Below, in pieces: positions 27,460-36,777 of a DNA stretch of 64,000 nt (positions are counted from its first letter, which is position 1; each line of letters opens with the position of its first letter). A model generated the notes under the pieces. It was given only the letters and a program-made list of their open reading frames with translations. It was not told the origin of the DNA and ran no database searches. Source of the DNA: Candidatus Eiseniibacteriota bacterium (GTDB taxonomy: Bacteria; Eisenbacteria; RBG-16-71-46). The DNA lies in the NCBI GenBank assembly GCA_044223005.1, contig JBGAML010000008.1, forward strand, positions 1,171 to 65,170, in the 5' to 3' direction. The translations under genes and the position numbers were made by a program.

Positions 27460-27517
27460 GCCGCGCTCGAAGCACCGGGCACGGTGTATCCCCAGGTGGA
27501 ACGAGGAGCTCCCACGC

Positions 27518-28255
27518 ATGTTCAGGCGCGTCCTGCTCTCGGGCGTCGCGATCCTCCTGATCGCGAACGCGACCGTGAGCCATGCCCAGCAGGCCGATTC
27601 CCTCGCCGCAGCCCGTTCGGGCGCGCGTCCGGGCCGGGCCTCCGTGGGCATGCAGTTCGGCGGCAACTACATCGCCGCGGGTGGTGACTACCACGAAGGT
27701 GCCCAGCCGCGCCTCGTGTTCGAGGGCAGCTACCGCTACGTCGCCTCGCCTCACTGGCGCTGGCAGGTGAGCCCGTACTTCGCGTGGAACTCGTATCGCA
27801 CCGGCACGAAGGCGCCGTTCGTGGACCCCAACTTCCCGAGCGAGCCGGACAAGAACTTCATGCTGGCGCAGATGGTCGGCGCCAACGCGCAGCTCCAGCG
27901 CATGGGTGGCAAGGCGAACTGGAACTGGCATTTCGGTGTCGGCCCGGCGCTCTATCGCGTCGTCGTGCAGAACCATCGCAAGGTGCTCAAGGATCCGGCG
28001 ACCAAGGACCTGCACCAGGGCCTGTACCTGGGCGCGACCGCCGAGTACGGCATCGAGCGCTTCATGCGTTCGCTCCCGAACACGTCGCTCGAGTGGACGG
28101 TCGCCTATCACACCGCCTTCGCGAAGCGCGACGACCAGTTCCCGTCGGGATTCAACGGCACTCCGCACGCCGTGGAGTTCCGCTTCGGCGGGCACTACTA
28201 CTACGATTTCAGGGTCGGGAAGAAGCCCGGAGGCACGCCTCCCCGGGCACGATGA
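27518..28255 (+). CDS. Outer-membrane beta-barrel protein (unknown family)
   Basis: Trimmed from listed ORF 27260..28255 to ATG 27518, which has a GAGGAG RBS. The signal peptide is [25 protein letters not shown]. The sequence alternates aromatic and Gly residues as in beta-strands and ends ...[14 protein letters not shown]. Confidence 0.65.
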   Translation: MFRRVLLSGVAILLIANATVSHAQQADSLAAARSGARPGRASVGMQFGGNYIAAGGDYHEGAQPRLVFEGSYRYVASPHWRWQVSPYFAWNSYRTGTKAPFVDPNFPSEPDKNFMLAQMVGANAQLQRMGGKANWNWHFGVGPALYRVVVQNHRKVLKDPATKDLHQGLYLGATAEYGIERFMRSLPNTSLEWTVAYHTAFAKRDDQFPSGFNGTPHAVEFRFGGHYYYDFRVGKKPGGTPPRAR

Positions 28256-28307
28256 GCTGGACGAAGCCGCAGCGTCGCCGCTGCGGCTTCGTCGTTTCGG
28301 GAAAGGG

Positions 28308-29801
28308 ATGACCGTGAGCGACCGCGTCGATTGGGGCGACAAGGTCGGGCCCGAGGCCCTCACCTTCGACGACGTCCTGCTGGTTCCGCGCTATTCGGCC
28401 CATCACCCGCGCGACGTCGACACGAGCTCGCGCTTCTCGCGCAACATTCCCGTGCGCGTGCCGATCGTGAGCGCGGCGATGGACACGGTGACCGAGGCCG
28501 CGCTGGCGATCGCGATCGCGCGCGAGGGCGGAATCGGCGTGATCCACAAGAACCTCGGGATCGAGGAGCAGTGCGCGCAGGTGGACCGCGTGAAGCGCTC
28601 CGAGAGCGGCATGATCGTGGATCCCATCACGCTGGCGCCGTCGGCGACGATCGCCGAGGCGCACGCGATCATGGCGCGCTTCCACATCTCGGGCGTACCG
28701 ATCACCGAGGACGGGAAGCTGGTCGGGATCCTGACGAACCGCGACCTGCGCTTCGAGGACGACCACGGCCGCCGCGTCTCCGAGGTGATGACGCGCGAGC
28801 GGCTCGTCACGGCCCCGGTCGGGACCACGCTCGAGCAGGCGCGCGACATCCTCGCGAAGCACCGGATCGAGAAGCTGCCCGTCGTGGACGACGACCGCCG
28901 CCTGCGTGGACTCATCACGGTGAAGGACATCGAGAAGCGGATCCGCCACCCGTTCGCGAGCAAGGACGCCCTCGGGCGGCTGCGCGTCGCGGCCGCGGTG
29001 GGCGCGGCCGGCGACTACCTGGAGCGCGCGCAGGAACTGGTGCGCTGCGGCGTGGACGCGCTGGTCGTGGACAGCGCGCACGGTCACAGCGCCGGCGTGC
29101 TCGAGGCGGCGCGCGCGCTGCGTGCGGCGATCCGCGACGCCGACCTGGTGGTGGGCAACATCGGGACGGCCGAAGGCGCGAAGGCGGTGGCCGACGCGGG
29201 CGCCGACGCGGTGAAGGTGGGCATGGGCCCGGGCGCGATCTGCACGACGCGCGTCGTCACGGGCGCCGGCATGGCGCAGGTGACCGCGATCCTCGCCGCG
29301 GCCCGTGCGCTCGAGGGCACCGGCGTGCCGGTGGTCGCCGACGGCGGCATCAAGTACTCCGGCGACGTGGTGAAGGCGATCGCCGCGGGCGGGCACACGG
29401 TCATGATCGGCGGGCTGTTCGCCGGCACCGAGGAGAGCCCGGGCGAGACCGTCCTGTACGAGGGCCGCCAGTACAAGGTCTACCGCGGCATGGGTTCGCT
29501 GTCGGCGATGGCCGCCGCGCGCGGCAGCCGCGAGCGCTACTTCCAGGAGAACACCGACGAGCTCTCCAAGCTCGTCCCCGAGGGGATCGAGGGCCGCGTA
29601 CCGTTCCGCGGCGCGCTGGCCGCGACGGTCTACCAGCTGGTCGGTGGCCTGCGCGCGGGCATGGGCTACTGCGGCGTGCGCACGATCGAGGAGCTGCGCA
29701 CGCAGGCGCGCTTCGTCCGGATCAGCGGCGCGGGCCTGCGCGAGAGCCACCCGCACGACGTGAAGATCACCAAGGAAGCCCCGAACTACGAGGCGAGGTG
29801 A
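28308..29801 (+). CDS. guaB: Inosine-5'-monophosphate dehydrogenase
   Basis: ATG 28308, in frame within listed ORF 27906..29801. Motifs: [13 protein letters not shown], a CBS pair, [19 protein letters not shown]-like ([13 protein letters not shown]) and GGIKYSGD. Confidence 0.95.
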   Translation: MTVSDRVDWGDKVGPEALTFDDVLLVPRYSAHHPRDVDTSSRFSRNIPVRVPIVSAAMDTVTEAALAIAIAREGGIGVIHKNLGIEEQCAQVDRVKRSESGMIVDPITLAPSATIAEAHAIMARFHISGVPITEDGKLVGILTNRDLRFEDDHGRRVSEVMTRERLVTAPVGTTLEQARDILAKHRIEKLPVVDDDRRLRGLITVKDIEKRIRHPFASKDALGRLRVAAAVGAAGDYLERAQELVRCGVDALVVDSAHGHSAGVLEAARALRAAIRDADLVVGNIGTAEGAKAVADAGADAVKVGMGPGAICTTRVVTGAGMAQVTAILAAARALEGTGVPVVADGGIKYSGDVVKAIAAGGHTVMIGGLFAGTEESPGETVLYEGRQYKVYRGMGSLSAMAAARGSRERYFQENTDELSKLVPEGIEGRVPFRGALAATVYQLVGGLRAGMGYCGVRTIEELRTQARFVRISGAGLRESHPHDVKITKEAPNYEAR

Positions 29802-30000
29802 CGGCCCGGCGGGGCCGCGCGCCGGCCCTGCCGCGAATCCCGCGTCGTTTTCATCAGTTTCGGACTGCATCGCGCACCGCGCTCGGCTAAGGTGCGCGCG
29901 TCGTCGTGGCGGACGCCTCGCGTTCGTCCCGGCGCCGGCCCCAGGAAGTTGCTTCCCTTCGTCCGCGTTCCGGTCCGACCTTCCATGCGAGGAGGTGCCC

Positions 30001-30555
30001 GTGCGGTCCATCGGGAGTCGTCGAGGCAATCCGATCCTGCGCGCATCCGTGGAGCAGAGCGCCCGGCGCCGCATGGAGTCGTGGAGTCTTCCCGCTGCCG
30101 GCGAGCCGGCGCCGCGCGAATCGTTCCGCGCCGCCACGTTCTCGCGCGAGTTCTTCGAGCGCGTCCGCGCCCAGTTCCTGCCGCGCATGACCCCCGCGCT
30201 CACCGTCGACGGTGCCGAACTGCGCTACTGGGGTGCCGCGGGTCTCGGGCTCTGGGGCATGCAGGCCTCGCACGGCCTCGTGCTCGCGGTGGAGTGCGCG
30301 GACACGCCGTCGCTCCTGGTCGAGCGCGCACGCCGCTGGATCTCTTGCCTGCGCACGCGCTCGGCGCCCGGCATGCTGCTGCGCTCGTGGGGCCGGCCGG
30401 TCTACGGCGCGCGCTTCGACCGCGCCTACGACGCGCTCGAAGTGCTGTGGTCCACGCCGGGCGAGTGGTGCGGCATGGTGCTCGCCGACGAGCCCGCGGT
30501 GCCGCAGTTCGTGCGCCCGCCGCACTGGGCGGACGACGAGCTGGCGCGGACCTGA
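30001..30555 (+). CDS. Hypothetical protein
   Basis: Listed ORF 29995..30555. I prefer GTG 30001, which lies 6 nt after a GAGGAG RBS (29989-29994). GC3 is high and the composition is not Arg-shadow-like (W/F/Y-containing). I recognise no family. Confidence 0.45.
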   Translation: MRSIGSRRGNPILRASVEQSARRRMESWSLPAAGEPAPRESFRAATFSREFFERVRAQFLPRMTPALTVDGAELRYWGAAGLGLWGMQASHGLVLAVECADTPSLLVERARRWISCLRTRSAPGMLLRSWGRPVYGARFDRAYDALEVLWSTPGEWCGMVLADEPAVPQFVRPPHWADDELART

Positions 30556-30575
30556 GCGCGATCCGGAGCGAACAA

Positions 30576-30607
30576 AAGCGGCCGTCCCCGCACGGGGACG
30601 GCCGCTT
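30576..30607. terminator. Bidirectional rho-independent terminator between convergent genes
   Basis: Perfect 14-bp stem AAGCGGCCGTCCCC / GGGGACGGCCGCTT with loop GCAC. T-runs flank it on both strands (CGGTTT on the + strand, TTTTGTT on the - strand). Confidence 0.6.
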
Positions 30608-30634
30608 CGGTTTCGCGTCGAGGACCGGTTCGAC

Positions 30635-31567
30635 TCAGCGGTACAGCGACTTCATGCCGCCCCAGCTGGTCGAGTGCACGGGCGTGGTGCCGCAGTGCGG
30701 CACGCCGCCGTAGCCGTTGTCGTAGTCGTCCAGCGTCTGCGTCCAGGCCGACGTGCCGCCCGGCGCGAGGGAGCCGCTGCCGACCGAGGGCACCACGAGC
30801 CCGCCGATCGCCGCGTCCGCCGCCGCGATCGTCCCCGAGACGCCGCTCGCGCTGGCACCGGCCGCGATGTTGAGCTTCGCCGCGATGAGCTGGCGCGCGA
30901 GCGAGACGAGACCGTTGCCGGCCACGGGCTGGTCGAGGATGGCGATCAGCTGCGCCTGCGAGTAGGTCACCGTGCCCAGCGTGAGCGACGTCACCGGCCA
31001 GTCGCCGGGGTTGGTGTGCGTCTTCCAGTAGCCCTGCGTGTAGGTGCAGCCGCTGCCCTGCGACGTCGTCGAGCACTGCTTGTTCGAGGACAGCGAGCTC
31101 TTCGCGGCCGTCGCGCCCGGAAGCGCGTACACGGTGAAGACGTACTCGGTCGCGGAGACGAGCTCCTCGGTGGTCGTGCCTGACACGCCGGACTCGTCGT
31201 AGGCCGAACCGATCTCGATGTCGGCCGACTGGTTCGGATCGAGCGTGAAGTCGATCGTCGTCGAGCCCCAGGTGTGGAGCGTCCCGGTGCCGGTGTAGTC
31301 GACCCAGCCTTCGCCTGGCAGCCAGCCCGCGTCGGGCCAGCGGGAGCCGGCGGCGATGAACTCGGTGAGCGGCATGTAGCAGACCTCGAACCCGCCCGGC
31401 GCGCCGCTCGCTCCGGCAGTCAGCGTGAGGCGCACCTTGCCGTGTCCCGCCGAACCGACGGCGATGTCGACCGGGTCGAGCGCGACCTGCGCGGACGCGG
31501 CGCCCGCCACGAGGACGAGGGCGACGCAGGCGGCGAACGTTGCGGCGATGCGGTGACGAAGGTGCAT
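30635..31567 (-). CDS. Secreted hypothetical protein
   Basis: Trimmed from listed ORF 30635..31741 to ATG 31567, which has a GAGGGA RBS. The signal peptide is MHLRHRIAATFAACVALVLVAGAASAQ. A beta-rich N-terminal half is followed by GCTYTQGYWKTH and a helical C-terminal half. Confidence 0.65.
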   Translation of the reverse strand: MHLRHRIAATFAACVALVLVAGAASAQVALDPVDIAVGSAGHGKVRLTLTAGASGAPGGFEVCYMPLTEFIAAGSRWPDAGWLPGEGWVDYTGTGTLHTWGSTTIDFTLDPNQSADIEIGSAYDESGVSGTTTEELVSATEYVFTVYALPGATAAKSSLSSNKQCSTTSQGSGCTYTQGYWKTHTNPGDWPVTSLTLGTVTYSQAQLIAILDQPVAGNGLVSLARQLIAAKLNIAAGASASGVSGTIAAADAAIGGLVVPSVGSGSLAPGGTSAWTQTLDDYDNGYGGVPHCGTTPVHSTSWGGMKSLYR

Positions 31568-31838
31568 GGCAGATCCCTCGGGGAAGGCGTGGTTCGACGT
31601 GGATCCGTGCATTCGATCGTCCCGGGGGTCTCGCGGTGCTTCCCGACGGCGAAGGATGGACGACGCCGCGGCCCGGCCGGGAAAACTCGTGCCTCTTAGG
31701 ATGCTCGTGCGGCTGACGATCCGTCTACGACTTCCTGTCACCGGCGTGACGTTTTCCGGCCCGGATTCCTGCCCGGGAGCGCCCGCAGGCGGATTTGATG
31801 CGAATCCGCTCGCACCAGCGGGCCCGGAAGCCGAACGA

Positions 31839-31861
31839 CCCCGGAGCGGATCGCTCCGGGG
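31839..31861 (-). terminator. Terminator-like hairpin after the 254-aa conserved hypothetical gene
   Basis: Perfect 10-bp stem CCCCGGAGCG / CGCTCCGGGG with a 3-nt loop, about 55 nt downstream of the stop at 31917. On the minus-strand RNA it is followed by UCGUUCGGCUUCC. Confidence 0.45.
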
Positions 31862-31916
31862 CCGTCGGGTGCTCCGCGCCGGGACGCACTCCCGGGCACG
31901 TCCGTCGGGCGTGTCG

Positions 31917-32681
31917 TCAGCGGCGGGGCAGTTCGAACTTGAACGTGGGGTTCAGCTGGCGGATTTCGCTCACGACGCGTTCGAGGTTCTCCTGCACGTT
32001 CGCGTCGGGCTTCTGCTGCCACACGGTGTAGAGCTCGAGCAGCTCGTCCTGCTTCACGCGCAGGAGCTCCTGCTGCGAGTGCTCGTCGATCGAACGTTCG
32101 AGGTGATAGACCTCGCCGCTCGAGAAGCGCTTCATGAGGTCGAGGTACTCGCCGCGCATGTGCGAGAGGATCCGCAGGTACTTCTCGAAGCCGGTCGACA
32201 GCTTCTCGAGCACCTCGGAGACGCCCGCGTTCTTGCGGTGCATCTGCTGCGAGTACGTGTAGGCGAAGTGGTAGTAGGTCTTGCCGCGGCCGATGTAGGC
32301 CTCTTCGCTCGGCTGCAGCCGGGTGCGCGACGCGCTGCCGGTGATCGGCTGGTCGAAGATGCCGATCGAAACCAGCAGGAAGTCGGCGTTGGTCTTGTAG
32401 ATCTGGTACTTGAGCCGCGCGTCAGTGGACGTGGCGAGGCGGCGGAAGACGTCGGTGTCGTACTTCGAGAGGAACTTGCGGGACTGCTCGACGTACTCGG
32501 GGTTGATGAACGAGTGGAGCAGGTGCGCGAGGTAGACGTTGACGTCCTCGTCGTAGCAGTCCTGGTTCGAGACGAGCCCCGTCTCCATGCGGCTGTAGAG
32601 GAGACAGTTGATCATGAAGTAGTACGTGGGCTGCAGGTCGCGGCTCGCGTCCTTCAGATCGACATAGTGGCGAGGGTTCAT
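31917..32681 (-). CDS. Conserved-looking hypothetical protein (254 aa)
   Basis: C-terminal part of listed ORF 31917..33443, from ATG 32681 with a GGAG RBS. The composition is notably non-GC-driven (rich in Y/F/N/K): MNPRHYVDLKDASRDLQPTYYFMINCLLYSRMETGLVSNQDCYDEDVNVYLAHLLHSFINPEY... This argues for real, constrained coding. Confidence 0.7.
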   Translation of the reverse strand: MNPRHYVDLKDASRDLQPTYYFMINCLLYSRMETGLVSNQDCYDEDVNVYLAHLLHSFINPEYVEQSRKFLSKYDTDVFRRLATSTDARLKYQIYKTNADFLLVSIGIFDQPITGSASRTRLQPSEEAYIGRGKTYYHFAYTYSQQMHRKNAGVSEVLEKLSTGFEKYLRILSHMRGEYLDLMKRFSSGEVYHLERSIDEHSQQELLRVKQDELLELYTVWQQKPDANVQENLERVVSEIRQLNPTFKFELPRR

Positions 32682-33213
32682 CCCGATCTCCTGGATTCCG
32701 GGGCCGGGCGAGCGGCCCCGGAGGGTGCGGTGCACTTCCGGTACGGAGAAGCAGCATCGGTTGTGCCAGAGCGCGAACGAGCGCTCCGAAGGTCCCTCTC
32801 CAGTCCAAGTGCCGCAGCGGCTTCGCTCGCACCCGCCGAACAAGGGGCGCGACCACTGGAACTTGGCGGCAACGCCCCCGCCCGGCGGGTGGAATGCCCC
32901 GATTCCACCCCGCCGGCCGGGGGTGTCGCCGACGCGCCTCGGGTGATCCGACCCGCACGGCGTCCCGTGCAGCGCGCAATGCCCCGACGTGGGCGCGCCG
33001 CACTCCGCTCGCGACGGAGCCGCGAGCGGGGTGCGCGCCATGGGGATGGCGCGGCGCACCCGTTTCGCGGCACACTCGCGACGTGCAACGTGGGGATTCC
33101 CGCCCGGCCGCCCGGGTGACGCGCGCGGAAAGAACGCGACGGCGCGCGCAAAGGCATGTGGATTGCCTTGTTGTATCGGTGAAGGACCACTCGTTCCCGG
33201 GAGCTGAGCATCC

Positions 33214-34683
33214 ATGACCACCACACCGACACCACGGCCACCGGCACCGGCGGCTCCGCCCGAGCGCGAGTCGCACGTCGGCTTGCGCGTGCGCCTCTGG
33301 GCGGCCTGCGTGAGCGGCGGCGTGGTGGCCGGCGTCGGGATGCTCTGGGTGCTGGGCACGCTTCCCGCGCCTACGACCGTGGCCGAGGGGAACCTGCATG
33401 CCTCGCTCGCCGGCGTCGCGTTCGCCGCGGTGCTCGCGGGCATGGTCCTGGCGTTCTGGATGGACCATCACCTCGTCTCGCACCTGCGCGGGCTGCTGCG
33501 CGGCATGCGCACCGGCCGCGTGGTCGAGCTGCGCGGCCTGCCGTCGGCCTCGGGCTGGGGCGAGCTCTCCGAACTGACCGACGTGACGCAGTCGCTGCTC
33601 GGCCGCCAGCGCCAGACCGCGCATGCCGCCGAGGAACTCGAGCACGTGCGCACGCAGATCCAGGCGCTGCAGGCGGCGCTGGAGCAGTGGGTCCGCACCG
33701 AGCACTGGGAGGCCCCCGCGATCTCCGGCGGCGCGCTCGCGCTCGCGAGCGAGACGCTGGGCCGCGGCCTCACGCGCCGCGCGGGCGTCGACGAGCAGAA
33801 CGCGCAGGCCGCGCGCCAGGTCGCCGCGGAACTGGCGGCGGCGCTGGCCGACGCGCAGGAGTCGGCGGAACAGGCCGAGCGCGGCTTCGTCGAGTCGACC
33901 GCGATGCTGACCACCGTGCGCGAGCTGCAGCGCCTCTCGGGCGAGCTGCAGGGCGCGCTCGTGGCGATGGGCGCGGCGCCGCCGGAGGCCGCGACGGCGG
34001 CCGGCGAGTCGACGCGCGAGGCGCTCGAGGCGCTCGTCACGGCGTCGCGCGAGAGCGTGGACGCGATCGGCCGCGGCATGCTGCGCATCCAGGACGTCGC
34101 GGCGCTCGTGCAGCAGCTCGCGAACCGCGCGACGCTCGTGGCCATCCACGCGGTGGCGGGCGGCCCGCGCGAGGAGGGCCCGACGGGAGACCTCGCGGCC
34201 GAACTCAAGCAGCTGGTGGTCGAGGTGCGCGAAGCGACCGACCGCACGACGCAGCTCTCGATGGACGTCGAGGGCGCCGTGGCCGAGGCCGGCGAGCGCA
34301 TGCGCGTGGCGCGCGAACAGGCGCTGTCGCGGCTCGAGGCGGCGCCCGCGCCCGCGGCGCCCGCCAACGTGCAGGCGCGCGCGTTCGACGACGCGCAGCG
34401 GCTCATGGATCGCGTGCGCGAGATGGTCCAGGACGCGGCCCGCAAGGGCGAGCGGCTCTCCGCCGCGGGCGAGCGCGCGTCGCGCGCCGCCGAACGGCTC
34501 GCGCGCCGCGTCTCCGAGGAATCGACGGAAGCGCAGGCGCTCGTCGTGCGCCTCGGCGCCGAGGATCCGGCGCGCCCGCGGGGCGCGCTCCACGAACTGC
34601 ACCTGCTCGAGGACGCCGAAACCGGTGGCGACGCGCCCGCGGCGGTGCCCGAGCCCGACTCGCGCGAGGAGGAACGTTCGTGA
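33214..34683 (+). CDS. MCP-like transmembrane signalling protein (2 TM, HAMP-like, long coiled coil with a degenerate MCP hairpin tip)
   Basis: 489 aa with an ATG start. The TM helices are VSGGVVAGVGMLWVLG and LAGVAFAAVLAGMVLAFWM. The HAMP-like segment is HLRGLLRGMRTGRVVELRGLP. The tip-like motif is IQDVAALVQQLANRATLVAIHAVAGG, compared with the canonical [18 protein letters not shown]. Confidence 0.65.
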   Translation: MTTTPTPRPPAPAAPPERESHVGLRVRLWAACVSGGVVAGVGMLWVLGTLPAPTTVAEGNLHASLAGVAFAAVLAGMVLAFWMDHHLVSHLRGLLRGMRTGRVVELRGLPSASGWGELSELTDVTQSLLGRQRQTAHAAEELEHVRTQIQALQAALEQWVRTEHWEAPAISGGALALASETLGRGLTRRAGVDEQNAQAARQVAAELAAALADAQESAEQAERGFVESTAMLTTVRELQRLSGELQGALVAMGAAPPEAATAAGESTREALEALVTASRESVDAIGRGMLRIQDVAALVQQLANRATLVAIHAVAGGPREEGPTGDLAAELKQLVVEVREATDRTTQLSMDVEGAVAEAGERMRVAREQALSRLEAAPAPAAPANVQARAFDDAQRLMDRVREMVQDAARKGERLSAAGERASRAAERLARRVSEESTEAQALVVRLGAEDPARPRGALHELHLLEDAETGGDAPAAVPEPDSREEERS

Positions 34684-36737
34684 GCGCCCCGAACGTCGGT
34701 TCGCGCGAACTCGTCACGGGCTTCACCGACGTGATCCGCCCCGCGCTGGTCGCGCACGCGCCGGAGACGTCGCGCGTCGCGGCGCGCGAGGTCGCGCAGC
34801 TCCTGGCGCTGCCGGGACTCGAGGCGGCGCTCGCCGAGCTCGAGCGTCACCCGTCGGCGCCGCGCCCGGCCGAGGTCGAGCACCTCGCCGAACGCATCGC
34901 CCGCATCGCCCGCGACGCCGCCGAGTCCGGCGAAATCGCGCCGTTCCAGGTCGCGGACCGCGAGCTCGCCGCGATCGCGCTGCAGCTCGCCGGCACCGAC
35001 TGGGGCACGCCGGTGCCCGCGGGCGTGCCCGGCGCGCCGACGCTCACCGTGGAGGACGCGTTCTCCGACCTCGTGCTCTCCGGTCCCGCGGAAGCGCGTG
35101 CCGCACGGCTCACCGTCACGGTCGCCAGCGCGGTGCGCGCGGCGGTCGACTGGCTCGGCGTGGACGAATCGCCGCGCGTGACGCTCGAGCTGCGTGACTC
35201 CGCGCTCGCGATCACGGTCGCGGTGACGCACGAGGGCGGCATCGGTCCTGCCGGCGCCGTGCTCGCGGCGGCCGAGGGCAGCCTCGGCCGCGAAGCGGAC
35301 GGCCGCTGGACGATCCGGATCCCGGTGCGCACGGAGCGGCCTTCGTTCCTGCTGCTGCGCCAGGGCCGCTACGGTGTCGCGCTGCCGTGGCACTCGGTCG
35401 CGCGGCTGCGCATGTTCGCGCCGCACGAGATCGAGCGCCTGGAGGAGCCGCGCCTGGCGCCGCTCTCGGCGGGCACGCCGCTCGGCATCGAACTGCCCGC
35501 CGCGCTCGTCGCGATCGGGCTCGCGCGTGCGTGGTTCGTCGCCGACCGCATCGTCTGGCGCATCGCCGCCAGCCCGCGCGAGGCCGAGGTGCAGGGACCG
35601 TTCGCCGGCGCGACGCACGAAATCGTGGTCGAGACGGGCGAGCGGTACTGGGTGCTCGACCCGGCATGGCTGCTGCGCGGCGTGGCCGCGCCCGACGTCG
35701 CGCCGCCGACGCCGCGCCCGCGCCTTTCGGCCGCCGCGTACGAGAAGGTGGAAGCGACGCCGCCCGCCGTGATCGCGACCGCGCCCGCGCCGCTTTCGGC
35801 GCCCGCGCCCGCGCCGGCCGGCGAATCGCTCGCCGATGCGGTCGAACGTGCGCTCGAGTACCTGCGGCACGAACGCGGACACGACCTCCCGCGCGTCGTG
35901 CATCCGTCGCCCGCCGCGGACGCGCCGGCCGCCGAGCCGGCCGTCGCGAACGAACCGCTGCCGCTGCCCGTGCCCGATCCCGCGCCGGAGCTCGCGCTGC
36001 CCGACATGATCGACGCCGCGCTCGAAGTGCTGTTGCCGGGGCTCGTGCCCGTCACCGAGCGGGAGCCCGAACCCGCGCCGCAGGTCGAGCCGGAAGCCGT
36101 CGTCGAGATGCCCGCGCCGGACGTCGTCGCGGCGCCCGAGCCCGAGGTCGTCGAGGCGCCGGCGCCCGAACTCGCCGTGGCACCCGCGACGCCGGTGGAC
36201 GATCCGGTGGCGCCGGAACCGGTCGAGCGTGCGGAGGAACCCGCGCCCACGCCCACGGAGTGGGTCGTCGCGCCCGAGCCCGAACTCGCTCCGCCGCCCG
36301 CGCCCGAAGTCGCGCCCGCGCCGCCCGCGCCGCGCGCCGCGCAGGCGTCCCCGGCCGCGCCGCGCGCGCCCGAGAAGCGCTCGGTACGGCGCGCGCTCGT
36401 CGCGGACGATTCGCTCGTCGCGCGCATCTTCCTCGCGCGGCTGCTCGAGAAGGAAGGTTATCTCGTCGAGCAGGTCGAACTCGCCGCCGACCTGTGGGCC
36501 GAGCTCGATCGTGGCCCGTGGGCGCTCGTCTGCGCCGACTTCGCCCTGCCGGACGCGCAGGGCGCCGGACACGTCGGCCGCCTGCTGTACGCGTTGCAGC
36601 AGATCGATCCCGCGCCGCCGTGCATCGTGCTGACGCGCGACGCCAACGACGAGCGCGAAGCCCAGGGTGCCGGCGCGACGGCTCTCCTGCGCAAGCCGTT
36701 CGAAGCCTCGCGACTGCTCAAGCTCCTCCCGCGCTGA
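34680..36737 (+). CDS. CheA-P4/P5-like (apparently degenerate) protein with a long Pro/Ala/Glu-rich linker and a C-terminal receiver domain
   Basis: In frame within listed ORF 33687..36737. GTG 34680 lies 7 nt after a GAGGAGG RBS and overlaps the upstream stop (GTGA). The HATPase-like remnant is SAVRAAVDWLGVDESPRVTLELRDSALAITVAVTHEGGIG...GRWTIRIPV. The CheW-like segment is PSFLLLRQGRYGVALPWHSVARLRMF. The receiver shows RRALVADDS...LVCADFALPD...LTRD...RKPF. Confidence 0.6.
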   Translation: MSAPNVGSRELVTGFTDVIRPALVAHAPETSRVAAREVAQLLALPGLEAALAELERHPSAPRPAEVEHLAERIARIARDAAESGEIAPFQVADRELAAIALQLAGTDWGTPVPAGVPGAPTLTVEDAFSDLVLSGPAEARAARLTVTVASAVRAAVDWLGVDESPRVTLELRDSALAITVAVTHEGGIGPAGAVLAAAEGSLGREADGRWTIRIPVRTERPSFLLLRQGRYGVALPWHSVARLRMFAPHEIERLEEPRLAPLSAGTPLGIELPAALVAIGLARAWFVADRIVWRIAASPREAEVQGPFAGATHEIVVETGERYWVLDPAWLLRGVAAPDVAPPTPRPRLSAAAYEKVEATPPAVIATAPAPLSAPAPAPAGESLADAVERALEYLRHERGHDLPRVVHPSPAADAPAAEPAVANEPLPLPVPDPAPELALPDMIDAALEVLLPGLVPVTEREPEPAPQVEPEAVVEMPAPDVVAAPEPEVVEAPAPELAVAPATPVDDPVAPEPVERAEEPAPTPTEWVVAPEPELAPPPAPEVAPAPPAPRAAQASPAAPRAPEKRSVRRALVADDSLVARIFLARLLEKEGYLVEQVELAADLWAELDRGPWALVCADFALPDAQGAGHVGRLLYALQQIDPAPPCIVLTRDANDEREAQGAGATALLRKPFEASRLLKLLPR

Positions 36738-36777
36738 ACTCCATCGCTCCGACACCCGAGGACCCCAGGCCCCCGAC

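Noticed and set aside
27071-28363. 430-aa minus-strand ORF across the secD / OM-barrel intergenic region and the OM-barrel gene
   Set aside because: It is Arg/Pro/Gly-rich with no motifs. It is antisense to a + strand gene that has a signal peptide, an RBS and a strong promoter.
29812-29828. Hairpin GGGCCG-CGCGC-CGGCCC after guaB, as a terminator
   Set aside because: The stem is only 6 bp, and the nearest T-run (GTTTTC) is about 25 nt away. It is plausible but too weak to list as a feature.
32721-32775. Possible SRP (4.5S) RNA: CCGGTACGGAGAAGCAGCATCGGTTGTGCC resembles the conserved GGAAGCAGCC … GUGUGCC region
   Set aside because: The apical loop would be a GUA triloop rather than a GNRA tetraloop. 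The 5' strand does not form the conserved symmetric and asymmetric loops, and I could not pair 5' and 3' ends into the long helix. An Infernal scan would settle it.
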